DNA of 60,890 nt, counting the filler, from Theionarchaea archaeon (GTDB taxonomy: Archaea > Methanobacteriota_B > Thermococci > Methanofastidiosales > SZ-28-30): assembly GCA_018992565.1 (NCBI GenBank). It is 6 parts of 6 records of this genome, joined end to end, with 100 filler letters (N's around TTAATTAATTAA, not from the genome) between each part and the next. Parts side by side here need not be neighbours in the genome. Positions count along the whole stretch, not along the records: positions 6,919 to 13,698 come from JACVGW010000117.1; positions 13,799 to 20,561 come from JACVGW010000118.1; positions 20,662 to 27,421 come from JACVGW010000119.1; 3 more parts are not named here. One strand, written 5' to 3'. Positions 11,873 to 22,864 of the stretch are shown piece after piece (position 1 is the stretch's first letter; each line of letters starts with the position of its first letter). Made by a program: the position numbers and the translations under genes. The notes under the pieces are model-generated. The model searched no databases. It saw nothing but the letters and a program-made list of their open reading frames with translations, and was not told the origin of the DNA.

Positions 11873-13381
11873 ATGAACACAAATCTACTGCAGAGAATAC
11901 GAAACCTTGCAGGAGATGAAAGTGCTTTAGAACATGCTGAAGAAGTGCAAGAACAAGTACTACGCAGTATTCTAAAGGGAAACGAAAATACTGTATTCGG
12001 CAGGAACCATTTATTCTGTGAGATTGATTCTGTGGAGTCCTACCAGAAGAGACTGCCCTTGGCTCGCTACGATGATTTCGAACCATATCTTGAACAAATG
12101 AAAGCAGGTATTCCTCATGTTCTTCTTGCAGAGGATTTTCCTCGATGGGCTGAAACCAGTGGGACGCTGTCTTCCCCAAAAATGTACCCGATTCCCAAGG
12201 TACTGGCAGAACATTTTGGCAGAACCCTGGCCAAAATCATAGTCAGCTGCATAGAGGAAGAACCATCCCGTCGGTCTCTCTTGGATGGCAAGATGCTCAT
12301 GGTGGTTGCTGATGTGGTAAGCAGATACGTGGCAGGCAAACCGGTGGGGTACATTTCAGGTGTTGTTTCTCATGATGTACAGGAGCTGCCAGGCATGGCA
12401 GATGTCTTCACCCCTTCTCCAGAGGTATTGGCCATGGAAAACTGGGAAGAACGGTGGCTGGAAATGGTGAGGCGTGTTTCTGGAGAGAACGTTACCATGA
12501 GCTGTTCCACGCCCCCCATTCTACTCTCATACTTCAAGAGAATGATATCGGAATACTGTCCCCTATTGAACTTACCTGACAACATACCAAAGATATGGCC
12601 CAACCTCACGCTCATCACGGGAGCAGGGGTGAGAATGTCCTTATACAAGAAACAGTATCAGAAGCTCCTGGGAGACCAGGTGTGCTGCAGGGAGTTCTAC
12701 TGTGCCACTGAAGGGTTCTTTGCTTACCAGAAGGACGAAACCCCGGGTCTCACACCCATCCTGAACCATGTATTCTACGAGTTCATTCCTCTCGAAGAAT
12801 GGAATGAGATGGAAAGTCCCCAGGATTACCGGACTCATCCTCTGACACGACTTCCCTATACTCAGGTCTCTATCAATACGGACTACGTGCTGGCGGTGAC
12901 TACTCCGGGAGGGCTTTATAGCTATATAATCGGGGACATTGTTCGATTCATCGGGCCTGACCGATTGTTCTGGATAGGGCGACTTGGATGGGAGAGCAGT
13001 GTGGCTGGAGAGAAATTCAATGAAATGCACATGTCAATGCTGAGGCAGTCAATGGAATCTACGTTGGGCGTTGAGATTACCAACCATATGGCAGCAGTAA
13101 AGGATGAGCCTCTGCGGTATGTTTTTGCTTTCGAATTCGAGGAGAATGTCGATATGAAAACGATCGTTGAGACGGTAGACAGATCATTGAGGGATGTAAA
13201 CGCAATATATGATGATTTGAGGAAAAAGAACGTACTCAAATGTCCAGATATTGTGACCCTACAGAAAGGAACATTCGATCGTTACATCAAGAAGAAACAG
13301 AAAGAGGAAAAGTCACTTGGTCAGATTAAGCCCCCGCTGTTTGCTGATTCCACCTTGATAGACGAGCTGGCTGAAGACTGA
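11873..13381 (+). CDS. GH3 family acyl-acid amido synthetase (adenylate-forming)
   Basis: NENTVFGR, TSGT..K P-loop, YCATEG, FYEFIP, TTPGGLYSYIIGD, GQIKPP. Confidence 0.9.
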   Translation: MNTNLLQRIRNLAGDESALEHAEEVQEQVLRSILKGNENTVFGRNHLFCEIDSVESYQKRLPLARYDDFEPYLEQMKAGIPHVLLAEDFPRWAETSGTLSSPKMYPIPKVLAEHFGRTLAKIIVSCIEEEPSRRSLLDGKMLMVVADVVSRYVAGKPVGYISGVVSHDVQELPGMADVFTPSPEVLAMENWEERWLEMVRRVSGENVTMSCSTPPILLSYFKRMISEYCPLLNLPDNIPKIWPNLTLITGAGVRMSLYKKQYQKLLGDQVCCREFYCATEGFFAYQKDETPGLTPILNHVFYEFIPLEEWNEMESPQDYRTHPLTRLPYTQVSINTDYVLAVTTPGGLYSYIIGDIVRFIGPDRLFWIGRLGWESSVAGEKFNEMHMSMLRQSMESTLGVEITNHMAAVKDEPLRYVFAFEFEENVDMKTIVETVDRSLRDVNAIYDDLRKKNVLKCPDIVTLQKGTFDRYIKKKQKEEKSLGQIKPPLFADSTLIDELAED

Positions 13382-13393
13382 GAAATCAAAGGG

Positions 13394-13698
13394 GTGAAAA
13401 ATCTCATGGTCCGATTCCTGCTGTTGAATAGTCACAAGTGGGAACCCCCATCCCCTCCTGCTGCCCTGGATTATGTTGCAGAGCAGCTGGAACATGAGGG
13501 TGTTACCACGGATCTGGTGGATGTGGCCTTCACGACGGAAGATGACTTGAAAGCACTGCTTCAAGCCACACACTACGACGGTGTGTGCATGACTATTCGT
13601 AACCTGGAACGTACTGCCTTTTCCGAGGTTCTTCATTTCTCACTGCCTGCCACGAAATCTCTTTTCAACCTGGTAAAGGCTTACTGCCAGGGGCCTGT
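13394..13698 (+). CDS. N-terminal cobalamin-binding domain of a probable class B radical SAM enzyme (truncated at scaffold end)
   Basis: LLLN...PPAALDYVAEQLE..G....VD and GVCMTIRNL pattern; radical SAM domain not visible. Confidence 0.7.
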
Positions 13699-13798
13699 NN
13701 NNNNNNNNNNNNNNNNNNNNNNNNNNNNNNNNNNNNNNNNNNTTAATTAATTAANNNNNNNNNNNNNNNNNNNNNNNNNNNNNNNNNNNNNNNNNNNN

Positions 13799-16018
13799 AA
13801 GAAAATAGAAAAAAGAACCAAAGACCATTACGTGCATTGACCTGTGAGTGACCAACTTCATTGCTGCCTCTATCACTGATTCCTCTGCCAGCATCACCTT
13901 CTGGAGATCTCCAGCATCCAGTGCAGCACCGAGGACATCAAGAGCTCTAAGGTAATCCTCCAGTTCTTCTTTTGGCACGTGCCCTTCCAGTTCGTGAGCA
14001 ACCTTCACTTCCAGTTCAAAGATTTCGCGCTTCAACTCCATCGTCGCCTCGGGATTGCTACAGATTTCCTCCCGCAGACCAGCATCGATCAATTTCACCA
14101 GACGTGCTGCTGCTTCCGATTCATACTCCTGAGCTATTTGGGCGAAAACCTCTGCAGTGCGCTTCAGTGCTGATTGACAATCACCTGGTGAAGTCACGCG
14201 AATCAGGAAGGTGACAGCGCCGATGATCTCATCTCCCACGACTTCTTGTACTCGTACCGTGAACTCCTGGCCGATCCTAGCTTCCTCAGGAATGGTGAAC
14301 TCAAGGGTCACTTCTTGTCTCTCCATGGGTTTCAGCTGTATCCCCCTGATTGCTACCTCTTTCTGTCGTGCGATCAGCAGCCCAAGCATTTCCTCCCCCC
14401 CACGCTCCACGAGTTCTGCGCCTTCCAGGAACGTGGACTGGCTCAAAAAAATCCCCACTGAATCTGCAGGAAATACAAGAACGAGCTCTCCCTCAGGAAA
14501 ACCTGACCTGTCAATTATGAGGTCAAAGGGAATTGTCTCCTTCATGTTATTTTCAATGAAGAACCGAGCCTCAGCAGTGTGACCGGCGCTACCCTCTACG
14601 ATGGTGACGTTTTTCTGCGCGATGTTGTTGTCAAATGGTGCGACATAGGTCCCGGGACCGCCAGTCATGGGGTCCTCACTACACTGGGCTGTGGCCACAA
14701 AGCAAAAGTGGTGTCCCATGCCAAAAGCCGGGTCTACATACCAGGACCAGGTATGCTCCGCACTCCCGCCTGCGGTGATGCTGGGGATGGTATAGGTGCC
14801 CCCTATCTGAGTGAAATCACCTGGCCACGCTGTTGCTGTGCTGGTGTCGGCCCAGTACAGGGCGACATCTACACTGGTGACAGGTGTACTCCCAAGGTTA
14901 TGTACTCTCACATGTACGTAGTTCGTCAAGCCGCTCACTGGGTTCTCGTGCGAGGTTCCACTGGGTGTCACCGATGACCAGATGTCTATACTACTGTAGT
15001 CGTAGGAGTTGTTGCCACTATCGTTTGGCCCATCTGAAATCCACACATCAGCTCCACGACAGGTATGGAAGACATCTGATGCATTGAGTGAGGTGGGATC
15101 TATCTGTGGACAACTGTCACCAGAGAGTCTGGCAGCATCATTGTCCCAGGCGTACTGGTACGCCTCGCCCACTGAAATGGCACCATCACCATCAAGGTCA
15201 GCATCAGGCGTGCTGAAGGCCTCAATGTAGCCCCCAGGAAATTCGCTCCCTGTGTCACCAGGGTTAGGATCTACAAGAGGATCTACGTCCCCGTAGGAAG
15301 AATGAAGCGTATCAGTTGCGGTCATGACGATACGATTGGTCTCTCCATCACCTGTCAGTTCGTTCTCTGCAGCAACAATCCTATCGCAGTAGGCGCCGAT
15401 GAAACTCCCGCTGTGACAGGCTTCAATCAGGATGATCATGTCACGGGAGGTGATTGTGTCCAGCCAATTGTCCACATTTGTAGAACTGATTGTGCCCCCA
15501 CCAGGTGCCCCTGGATTGCAGTCCAGAGAATCCACGCCCCCATGCGAGGTGTAGAAGAAGAATACTGTGTCCTCAGAGTCACTCCTGGCTGCCACCTGGT
15601 TGATAGCCCACTGCACGTTGCTGATGTTCGTCACGCGATCCACCCCCTGGTCACCTGTCCAGGGACTGACGTAGAAGATGTGGTCGTCTGCATACCCTAG
15701 CCCAGTGAGGACATTGTAGATGCCTTTAATGTCCTCGTCAAATGTGTCTGTCACATCATCGGACCCGCACACGATGATCGCCCACGCTTCGCAGCCAGGG
15801 AGCGCATGCGTTCTCAAAGGGGGCAATTCAGGCAGTCCAATGCTGACGAGCTCTGCCTCGATCTTTTCAGGTTCGGTTTCATAGACCAGGAACTCGTCAC
15901 TTGCTCGTTCAATGAATTTACCCCACATCTCTTTGCCATTGACCACGGGCCACCATTCGGCCTCTTTGATTGTCATCTCCCCTGTAGAAGCGCTAACGAG
16001 CACGTATAGCGTCTTGTG
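13799..16018 (-). CDS. Clan CD cysteine peptidase (legumain/caspase-like) with Ig-like/CARDB domains; both ends truncated
   Basis: WAIIVCG, FFFYTSHGG (His), ILIEACHSGSF (Cys), DLDGDGAIS Ca-binding motif, VRVHNLG...DNNIAQKN. Confidence 0.8.
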
Positions 16019-16571
16019 NNNNNNNNNNNNNNNNNNNNNNNNNNNNNNNNNNNNNNNNNNNNNNNNNNNNNNNNNNNNNNNNNNNNNNNNNNNNNNNNNN
16101 NNNNNNNNNNNNNNNNNNTTGGCATTCTATTCCCTCCTTTTTTTGCTAGATCAGATTATTTCTGTCTCTTTTCTCGAATCTTTGATCACATAAGAATTTT
16201 CTTGATGACGCTTAGCCGAATAATGGAGGATTTGAGAACACCAGTTTGCATATTCCCAGAAGAACACCGTAGAAAGAAGTATAAACGGCCCTACTTTATA
16301 ATACTTTAAAAGGATGTGACCATATATACTTCTAAATGTCTTAGTTGCGGGAAATATTTGTTTGAAATCATCTATCCCAAGATGGTCAGCATTCTCTTAC
16401 ACGAGATCCAATCATCACCATCCAGAGAATTCATCACACTGGATCTAAAAAGAAGTCACTGACAACAGCCATTCATGACCCTTTCGCATCTTTATCAACC
16501 TCGTGGCATCCTGTTGCCTTTACATATGTTAATACCTATAACCTTTTAAATGGAATGTGGAAGTGAACACT

Positions 16572-17741
16572 ATGACAGATGTTGTTATTGTATCAGGTGT
16601 GAGGACTCCTATTGGACGTTTTCAGGGTGGATTTAGCACCCTTTCTGCTTGTCAACTGGGTTCTATTGCTTTGAAAGAAGCTCTGAGAAGGGCTGGCTTG
16701 GACACAGTAGACGAAGTGATTATGGGAAATGTGGTATCTGCTGGGCTGGGGCAGAACCCTGCCAGGCAGGCAGCCATTGGAGCGGGAATTCCCGTGGATG
16801 TCAATTCCTTTACAGTGAACAAGGTCTGTGGATCAGGATTGAAAGCCATAATGCTTGCAGCCCAGGCCATCAAGGTGGGTGATGCTGAGGTCATTGCAGC
16901 AGGGGGAATGGAGAACATGACCAGGGCCCCCTACATGCTTTTCAAAGCACGAGATGGCTACCGCCTGGGAGATGGGCAACTCGTTGACGGAATGGTACAT
17001 GATGGTCTCTGGGATATTTATAATGACTTCCACATGGGAATAACAGGAGAGATTATTGCAGAGAAATTCGGTATATCCAGAGAAGAAGCTGATACCCTGG
17101 CTTTCGAAAGCCACCAGAAATCCATAAGAGCCCAGGAAGAGGGCAAATTCAAAGAAGAGATCATCCCCGTTACTTATGAGACAAGAAAAGGAGAAGTGAC
17201 TGTAGATACTGACGAAGGTCCCAGAAAAGACACCTCTCTTGAAGTCCTGGCCAAGTTGAAGCCTGTGTTTAAAAAGGATGGAGTAGTAACAGCCGGGAAT
17301 GCATCTCAGATCAGCGACGGAGCATCAGCTGTTGTGGTCATGTCAGAAAAGAAAGCAGAAACCCTGGGATTGGAACCCCTGGCTCGAATTGTGGACTATT
17401 GTGCTGCAGGACTGGCGCCAGAACTGGTGATGGAAGCTCCCATCCCATGTGTCCGGAAGTTGTTCCAGAAAACCGGGAAATCCATAAAAGATGTTGATCT
17501 CTTCGAACACAATGAAGCCTTTGCCACAGCGTCCTGTGCTGTGAAAAAGGAACTGCAGGTTCCTCCCGACATTTTCAATGTCCATGGAGGGGCTGTAGCT
17601 CTGGGCCACCCCATTGGTTGCAGCGGTGCCCGGGTCCTGGTAACGTTGATGTACGCCATGAAGCACAGAGGAGCACAGAGAGGAGTCGCCACACTCTGCC
17701 TGGGAGGAGGGAATGCAGTCGGCATGATGATCGAAGTCTAA
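16572..17741 (+). CDS. Acetyl-CoA C-acyltransferase (thiolase)
   Basis: RTPIG, NKVCGSG, NEAFA, GHPIGCSG, CLGGG. Confidence 0.96.
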   Translation: MTDVVIVSGVRTPIGRFQGGFSTLSACQLGSIALKEALRRAGLDTVDEVIMGNVVSAGLGQNPARQAAIGAGIPVDVNSFTVNKVCGSGLKAIMLAAQAIKVGDAEVIAAGGMENMTRAPYMLFKARDGYRLGDGQLVDGMVHDGLWDIYNDFHMGITGEIIAEKFGISREEADTLAFESHQKSIRAQEEGKFKEEIIPVTYETRKGEVTVDTDEGPRKDTSLEVLAKLKPVFKKDGVVTAGNASQISDGASAVVVMSEKKAETLGLEPLARIVDYCAAGLAPELVMEAPIPCVRKLFQKTGKSIKDVDLFEHNEAFATASCAVKKELQVPPDIFNVHGGAVALGHPIGCSGARVLVTLMYAMKHRGAQRGVATLCLGGGNAVGMMIEV

Positions 17742-17956
17742 TACTCCTCTTTCTTCTTTTCTGATGTTAGTTCTATACGTGCATTACAGAATGCTTTCCA
17801 GACTCTTCATGTTCTCGTTGATGAGTATCCTCAGAGTCAGTGAGTCTGATATCCTCTACAATCTCTTGACTATTAATACTCCACAGAATGGTCTCTGAAC
17901 TCCATGAAAAGTATTTAAGGAAGGAATGATCACTCTGATAATGGAAAGGGATCATA

Positions 17957-18679
17957 ATGACTGCTATTGAAGTAGTAGATTTGGTGAAGAATTACGGGAA
18001 TATTGAGGCACTGCGAGGAATATCATTCATGGTCAACAAAGGCGAGATATTTGGCCTTATCGGACCCAACGGAGCTGGAAAAACTACGACTCTTCGGATT
18101 GTAGCTACTCTTCTGGAAATCACATCTGGCGCTGTAAAGGTCTTCGAGACAGATGTGAAGAAGGAACCTGAGCAGGTGAGAGAGAAGATCAGCTACCTAC
18201 CAGAAGAAGCGGGAGCGTATAAGAACCTTTCTGGAATAGAATACTTGAATTTCATGGCTCAGTTTTATGCAGATGGCAGAGATATCAAAGAGATTGTGGA
18301 GACTGGGATTTCTATCTCCGGTCTCGGGGAGAGGATTACAGATAAGGTCAACACCTACAGCAAGGGGATGACTCGAAAATTGCTGGTAGCCAGGTCACTG
18401 ATGATGAACCCTCCTCTGGCAATTCTCGATGAACCCACCAGTGGGCTTGATGTTATCAACTCCCAGGATGTGCGGAACCTTATCAAGGAGTATGCCAGGA
18501 AAGGATGTACTGTCTTACTATCCTCTCACAACATGCTGGAAATAGAGTTTCTCTCCAACAGAGTGGCCCTCATCGGTGAAGGCAGAATACTGGATTCAGG
18601 AACGCCAGGTGAGCTCAAGAGCAGATACAGTGCTCAGAACCTGGAAGAAGTATTTCTGGAGGCGGTCTCACATGAGTAA
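17957..18679 (+). CDS. ABC transporter ATP-binding protein (NatA/ABC-2 type)
   Basis: GPNGAGKTT, YSKGM, ILDEPTSG, SSH. Confidence 0.95.
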   Translation: MTAIEVVDLVKNYGNIEALRGISFMVNKGEIFGLIGPNGAGKTTTLRIVATLLEITSGAVKVFETDVKKEPEQVREKISYLPEEAGAYKNLSGIEYLNFMAQFYADGRDIKEIVETGISISGLGERITDKVNTYSKGMTRKLLVARSLMMNPPLAILDEPTSGLDVINSQDVRNLIKEYARKGCTVLLSSHNMLEIEFLSNRVALIGEGRILDSGTPGELKSRYSAQNLEEVFLEAVSHE

Positions 18680-19961
18680 ATTCACTGCAATCATGGTTAA
18701 AGAAATGAAAGACCTGCTGAGAGATCCCAAAGTCGTCGTCGGAATGATCGTGGTACCCCTGGTGCTGTTTCCAGCTATGGGAGCCATGTTCCGCACGGGA
18801 ATGGAATCAGCAGAGAGTGAAATCCAGATCGGAGTCATGAACCAGGACACGGGTCAGGTTTCACAGGACCTGATCCAGATACTGGAAAACAATCCAGGAG
18901 TCAAGCTGTACCAGCCACAATCATCCTCACTGGAGGAAGCGATCCAGGAGGCCCAGACCAATGAGGTCAAGGTGCTTCTGGTGATACCATCAGGATTTTC
19001 TGATAAAATAGAGCACACGACAGGGGCAGAAATTGACATGTATGCGCTGGTTGAAGGGCTGGGGATAAATGAAGTCATCTCCTCGTCTCGAGTAGACGCA
19101 ATTATCCAGGGGGTCAACACACAGCTTTCAAAGAACCTTATTTCAGAGAAAGTCCCTGGAACAGACCCCGGCAATGTCCTTCAACCCATAACGACTAGAG
19201 GATACACAGTGGTGAGAGGAAAAACGGTGAATGTTCCACCTGCACTCATTGCGAGTCTCGTCTCTTCTCAATCCTTCATTGTACCCGTGGTGCTCATGGT
19301 GATGATCATGTTTGTGGCCCAGATGGCAGCAACCTCCATGGCCACAGAAAAAGAGAACAAGACCCTGGAGACCCTGCTGACCCTGCCGGTGAGCCGTCTC
19401 TCTATCCTGGCAGGAAAGATGGGAGGGACTGCAGTGGTTTCTCTGATATCGGCTGTAGCATATATTATTGGGTTCAGCTACTACATGTCCGCTTTCCAGT
19501 TTGGGGAAGTTGAAAGCGCCATAACGCTAAAAGACATTGGTCTCTCTATTACTCCTGTGGGATTCGTGATGCTGGGAATCAGCATATTCATGGCTGTTCT
19601 GGCAGCGCTATCACTGTCCATGGTTCTGGCTGTGTTCACGCAGGATGTCAGGAGTGCTCAGAGCCTGGTGTCTTTCACTATCATGCCGCTGGTGTTTCCT
19701 TCCATGATCTTCATATTCGCAGACATGAATTCCTTGCCTGTGGCATTGAAGTATGTGCTCTTGGCACTGCCCTTCTCTCATCCCACTATTGCTGCAAGTG
19801 CACTGGCTCTGAAAAACTATTCAATCGTTATTGGCGGGATTGTCTACCTGGGTATCTTCACCCTGGTGGTACTGCTCATTGCTGCCCGCATGTTCAACAC
19901 AGAAAGAGTCGTCACAGCAAAGATCACATTCGGGCGTAAAAAGAGCAAGAGCCAACCATAG
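18672..19961 (+). CDS. ABC-2 type permease (NatB-like)
   Basis: KEMKDLLRD, EKENKTLETLLTLPV, multiple TM helices; overlaps ATPase stop. Confidence 0.9.
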   Translation: MSKFTAIMVKEMKDLLRDPKVVVGMIVVPLVLFPAMGAMFRTGMESAESEIQIGVMNQDTGQVSQDLIQILENNPGVKLYQPQSSSLEEAIQEAQTNEVKVLLVIPSGFSDKIEHTTGAEIDMYALVEGLGINEVISSSRVDAIIQGVNTQLSKNLISEKVPGTDPGNVLQPITTRGYTVVRGKTVNVPPALIASLVSSQSFIVPVVLMVMIMFVAQMAATSMATEKENKTLETLLTLPVSRLSILAGKMGGTAVVSLISAVAYIIGFSYYMSAFQFGEVESAITLKDIGLSITPVGFVMLGISIFMAVLAALSLSMVLAVFTQDVRSAQSLVSFTIMPLVFPSMIFIFADMNSLPVALKYVLLALPFSHPTIAASALALKNYSIVIGGIVYLGIFTLVVLLIAARMFNTERVVTAKITFGRKKSKSQP

Positions 19962-20033
19962 GTATTCCTGGCTTGATTTTTCTTTTTATTTTGCCTTTTT
20001 TTCAAAAATTCTTACTGTATTAATGGATAATTC

Positions 20034-20561
20034 TCATTCAGAAGTCACGGCTTCTACTATCTTCTTGTGCAGCGCAGGAGGTGCACATACGATGCATTCC
20101 CCTCTGAAATGTCCGCTCTCATCAAAGTACCCTTCTCCAAAAAGAGGGTGCCCACATTCATCAGTGAGTACACACCCACCTGCTTCTGCAAGTATGGTTG
20201 CTGCTGCAATATCTACGATCCGTGCCTTTTTTCGCAAGTCCACCAGCGCCAGTAGCTTCCCCTCTGCCACATACGAGATTTCCAGAGCCAGCGAGCCAAG
20301 ACATCTCCATGCCTCCACCAGAGGAAGCACCTTCTCATACTTCTCGCCGATGTACAGTGAAGCAACAGATTCAGAACGGTACTGAGGCATGATTTTGCCA
20401 TTTTTCAAAGGGCGACTCCCTGTATAAGCATCATATATCTCGTGGGTGCACAGGTTCTTCACCAGACCGTAGTGCACCTCTCCGCAGAGAGCCACAGACA
20501 CTGAGTAGAAAGGAATTCCTGCGAGTGCATTGATGGTCCCATCCAGTGGGTCCAGGATGAT
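20034..20561 (-). CDS. Inositol monophosphatase/FBPase family (5' truncated)
   Basis: Reverse strand ILDPLDGTINA..GIPFYSVSVAL, RCLGS, DIAAA..I..EAGG. Confidence 0.88.
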   Translation of the reverse strand: MILDPLDGTINALAGIPFYSVSVALCGEVHYGLVKNLCTHEIYDAYTGSRPLKNGKIMPQYRSESVASLYIGEKYEKVLPLVEAWRCLGSLALEISYVAEGKLLALVDLRKKARIVDIAAATILAEAGGCVLTDECGHPLFGEGYFDESGHFRGECIVCAPPALHKKIVEAVTSE

Positions 20562-20661
20562 NNNNNNNNNNNNNNNNNNNNNNNNNNNNNNNNNNNNNNN
20601 NNNNNTTAATTAATTAANNNNNNNNNNNNNNNNNNNNNNNNNNNNNNNNNNNNNNNNNNNN

Positions 20662-20978
20662 CAGTTTCACTGGATCTATCTCCTGCATGTGCTCTGACCT
20701 TGTATCATGGAACAACAGAGAAGGCAGCTTCGAGCATCCTGAAAGAAGGACTGAAACCCAAGACCAGACAGAAAGTCCACCTCTCACCAAGCATTGAGAC
20801 AGCATTGGACGTGGGGAAACGACACTGCGAAACCCCTGTAGTCCTGGAAATAAATACCAGAAAAGCACTGGAAGATGGTATCTCCATTCAGAAGGCCAGC
20901 AATGTAGTCTACGTGGCAGACTACATACCTCCCCAGTACATTACAGTCCTCAGGAAGCGGCGATTTTCTACTGAATAG
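20662..20978 (+). CDS. kptA: RNA 2'-phosphotransferase (KptA/Tpt1), C-terminal part
   Basis: YHGT, GLKP..RQKVHLS, VGKRH, VY...IPPQY. Confidence 0.85.
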
Positions 20979-21124
20979 CACCCTTCAGAGTAAGATTTTA
21001 AGATACCTCTTGTTCTCAACAAAGACAGAAAATACATTTCTATCACTTGATTTGGACTAAACCCAAAAATTTATAAGCCATGCTATAAAGAGACGTTTAG
21101 AATCTCTATGACGGAGGTGACACC

Positions 21125-21289
21125 ATGTATGCAGCATTGATCTCAGATGGGATTGAAGGGAACCCAGCTCCTCTCGGGTCATGTATCAATGGAGACGGGC
21201 CAGAGTATGGATTCTACTGCTTCAACCTGGGCATAACGCCAACTGGCGGAGGAAAATGCAAATATGGCTTGCAGAGCATGAACGAATAG
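21125..21289 (+). CDS. Putative RiPP precursor P1, 54 aa: MYAALISDGIEGNPAPLGSCINGDGPEYGFYCFNLGITPTGGGKCKYGLQSMNE
   Basis: Absent from ORF track; TTTATAA box 21070-76, RBS GGAGGTGA 21113-20, T-tract after stop; 3 Cys spaced 12-13 aa; paralog at 58395. Confidence 0.8.
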   Translation: MYAALISDGIEGNPAPLGSCINGDGPEYGFYCFNLGITPTGGGKCKYGLQSMNE

Positions 21290-21406
21290 TACATGTAGGA
21301 GAAACGATTTTTCAGCTCCTTTTTTTCTCTTTCTCATTTGAGGTCAGAATACGGCATGGCTTAACGTCATGGAAACCCTCATATAGGTACATGTTCCCGG
21401 CTTCTC

Positions 21407-22132
21407 ATGATTATCACTGAGAGAGAGGGGATTTGTCCCGCATTGCGCAAGTACTATTCCCGGTTAGCCAGATTCATGATAGCACTTGTGGAAATCCCAG
21501 AGAATGCCATCATTCTGGAAGCAGGGTGTGGTGACGGTGCTTTAACCTGTCATCTTCTTTCGCTCTTGCCAGATCATGTAGTTGTAGGCTATGATTTGTT
21601 TTCGGGCGTCTATGAGGAAAGTCTCAGTGCTTTAACAGGAGCAGTGTCACAGATGAGAGTAATCAGAGGAGACGTGAGAACCATGAGTCTCCATACAGAA
21701 TCTGTGGACCTTGTTATCAGTAATGAATTACTCTGTGACCTCTCCAGGAATGATACCCAGGTGACACTCAATGAGTTCTACAGGATTCTGAGAAAAGGGG
21801 GGACTTTTATTCACGGATGCTTGAGTCCTTATCCAGAAACCAGGGCTCAGGAGCTGGTCTTATTGGCTGACAGTTATTCTGCTGATCCTTTATTTGATCA
21901 CGAATGGTTTTCCCCGCCTGCAGATGAACTGGCAGGAATGGTTCACTCTGCAGGGTTTCGCCAGATCTCTGTGACGTATTTTTCTGATAGCCTGAAGTTC
22001 ACCGGTGATGCAGCTTTCTGCCACTTAGAAGAGTGGGTTCTAAAACCTGAGTTCTTTGAGAAGTATTCCTCAGAGGTCAGGGCCCGCGGGATCGAATATC
22101 CCATGGAGCAGGTAATACACTGCTGTAAGTGA
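21407..22132 (+). CDS. Class I SAM-dependent methyltransferase
   Basis: ILEAGCGDG, GDV, VDLVIS, YRILRKGG. Confidence 0.9.
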   Translation: MIITEREGICPALRKYYSRLARFMIALVEIPENAIILEAGCGDGALTCHLLSLLPDHVVVGYDLFSGVYEESLSALTGAVSQMRVIRGDVRTMSLHTESVDLVISNELLCDLSRNDTQVTLNEFYRILRKGGTFIHGCLSPYPETRAQELVLLADSYSADPLFDHEWFSPPADELAGMVHSAGFRQISVTYFSDSLKFTGDAAFCHLEEWVLKPEFFEKYSSEVRARGIEYPMEQVIHCCK

Positions 22133-22351
22133 AGAGGTTCATGAGAATATTCGAAACTCGGTGGATAATTAAAGATGAGAGTTTCCAATTCATCAAGACA
22201 GCAATGGGTTGGATATCATAATAGACTGTGCCTCAAAATCAAGGGGTTGTGTATGTTCCCAGTGGTGTCCCAGGAGTGTCTTTCGTGAAGTGAATATTCA
22301 TTTTCCAGGTACAGTGACAGGGTTTTTAATTGAAGGGTTTAAAGAGGAGTC

Positions 22352-22717
22352 ATGACATGCAAAGAGATGATTGCTGTCTGTGGATTGGATTGTGAATCCT
22401 GCGACATCAGGAGGGTACCATTTGACTCAGACGCACGTGAACGCATGGTGAAATGGTTTAGAGCACAGGGATGGATTAAGGAGAGTGAGGGTGTTGAAGA
22501 AATAATCAGCCGCAAAATGTATTGCAAAGGATGTCGTGGCGATCGCTCTGTTCACTGGTCACCAGAGTGTCCAATTCTGGTGTGCTGTGTTGATGAGAAG
22601 GGGTTCAAGAGCTGTCATGAATGCAACGACTTCCCCTGTGAAAAGCTGGAAAAGCAGGCTGAACAGGGAGGAAAATATCGCGAAGCCCTTGACCGTCTCA
22701 GAACCATGAAAAAGTGA
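22352..22717 (+). CDS. Cys-rich DUF3795-like protein
   Basis: AVCGLDCESC, CKGC, C.I..CC..KG..SC.EC..FPC. Confidence 0.8.
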   Translation: MTCKEMIAVCGLDCESCDIRRVPFDSDARERMVKWFRAQGWIKESEGVEEIISRKMYCKGCRGDRSVHWSPECPILVCCVDEKGFKSCHECNDFPCEKLEKQAEQGGKYREALDRLRTMKK

Positions 22718-22864
22718 GAGCTTAAAAGGAAATATCATGTACCAGCAATTGCTGTGCTTCTTGTTAAGGATTTCCTGAAGATTGCAGCACGAAGAAGACA
22801 ATGATAATGACTGATCCGGGTTCTCAATCTATACATTTATATATTTGAAAGGGGCTGCCTCTGT

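Noticed and set aside
17957..19961. ABC exporter (and CPBP protease at 38121) as parts of the RiPP cluster
   Set aside because: On different scaffolds, separated by artificial linkers; no evidence of linkage.
21181..21420. 79-aa ORF from the track
   Set aside because: Lacks an RBS and overlaps the better-supported precursor ORF 21125-21289.
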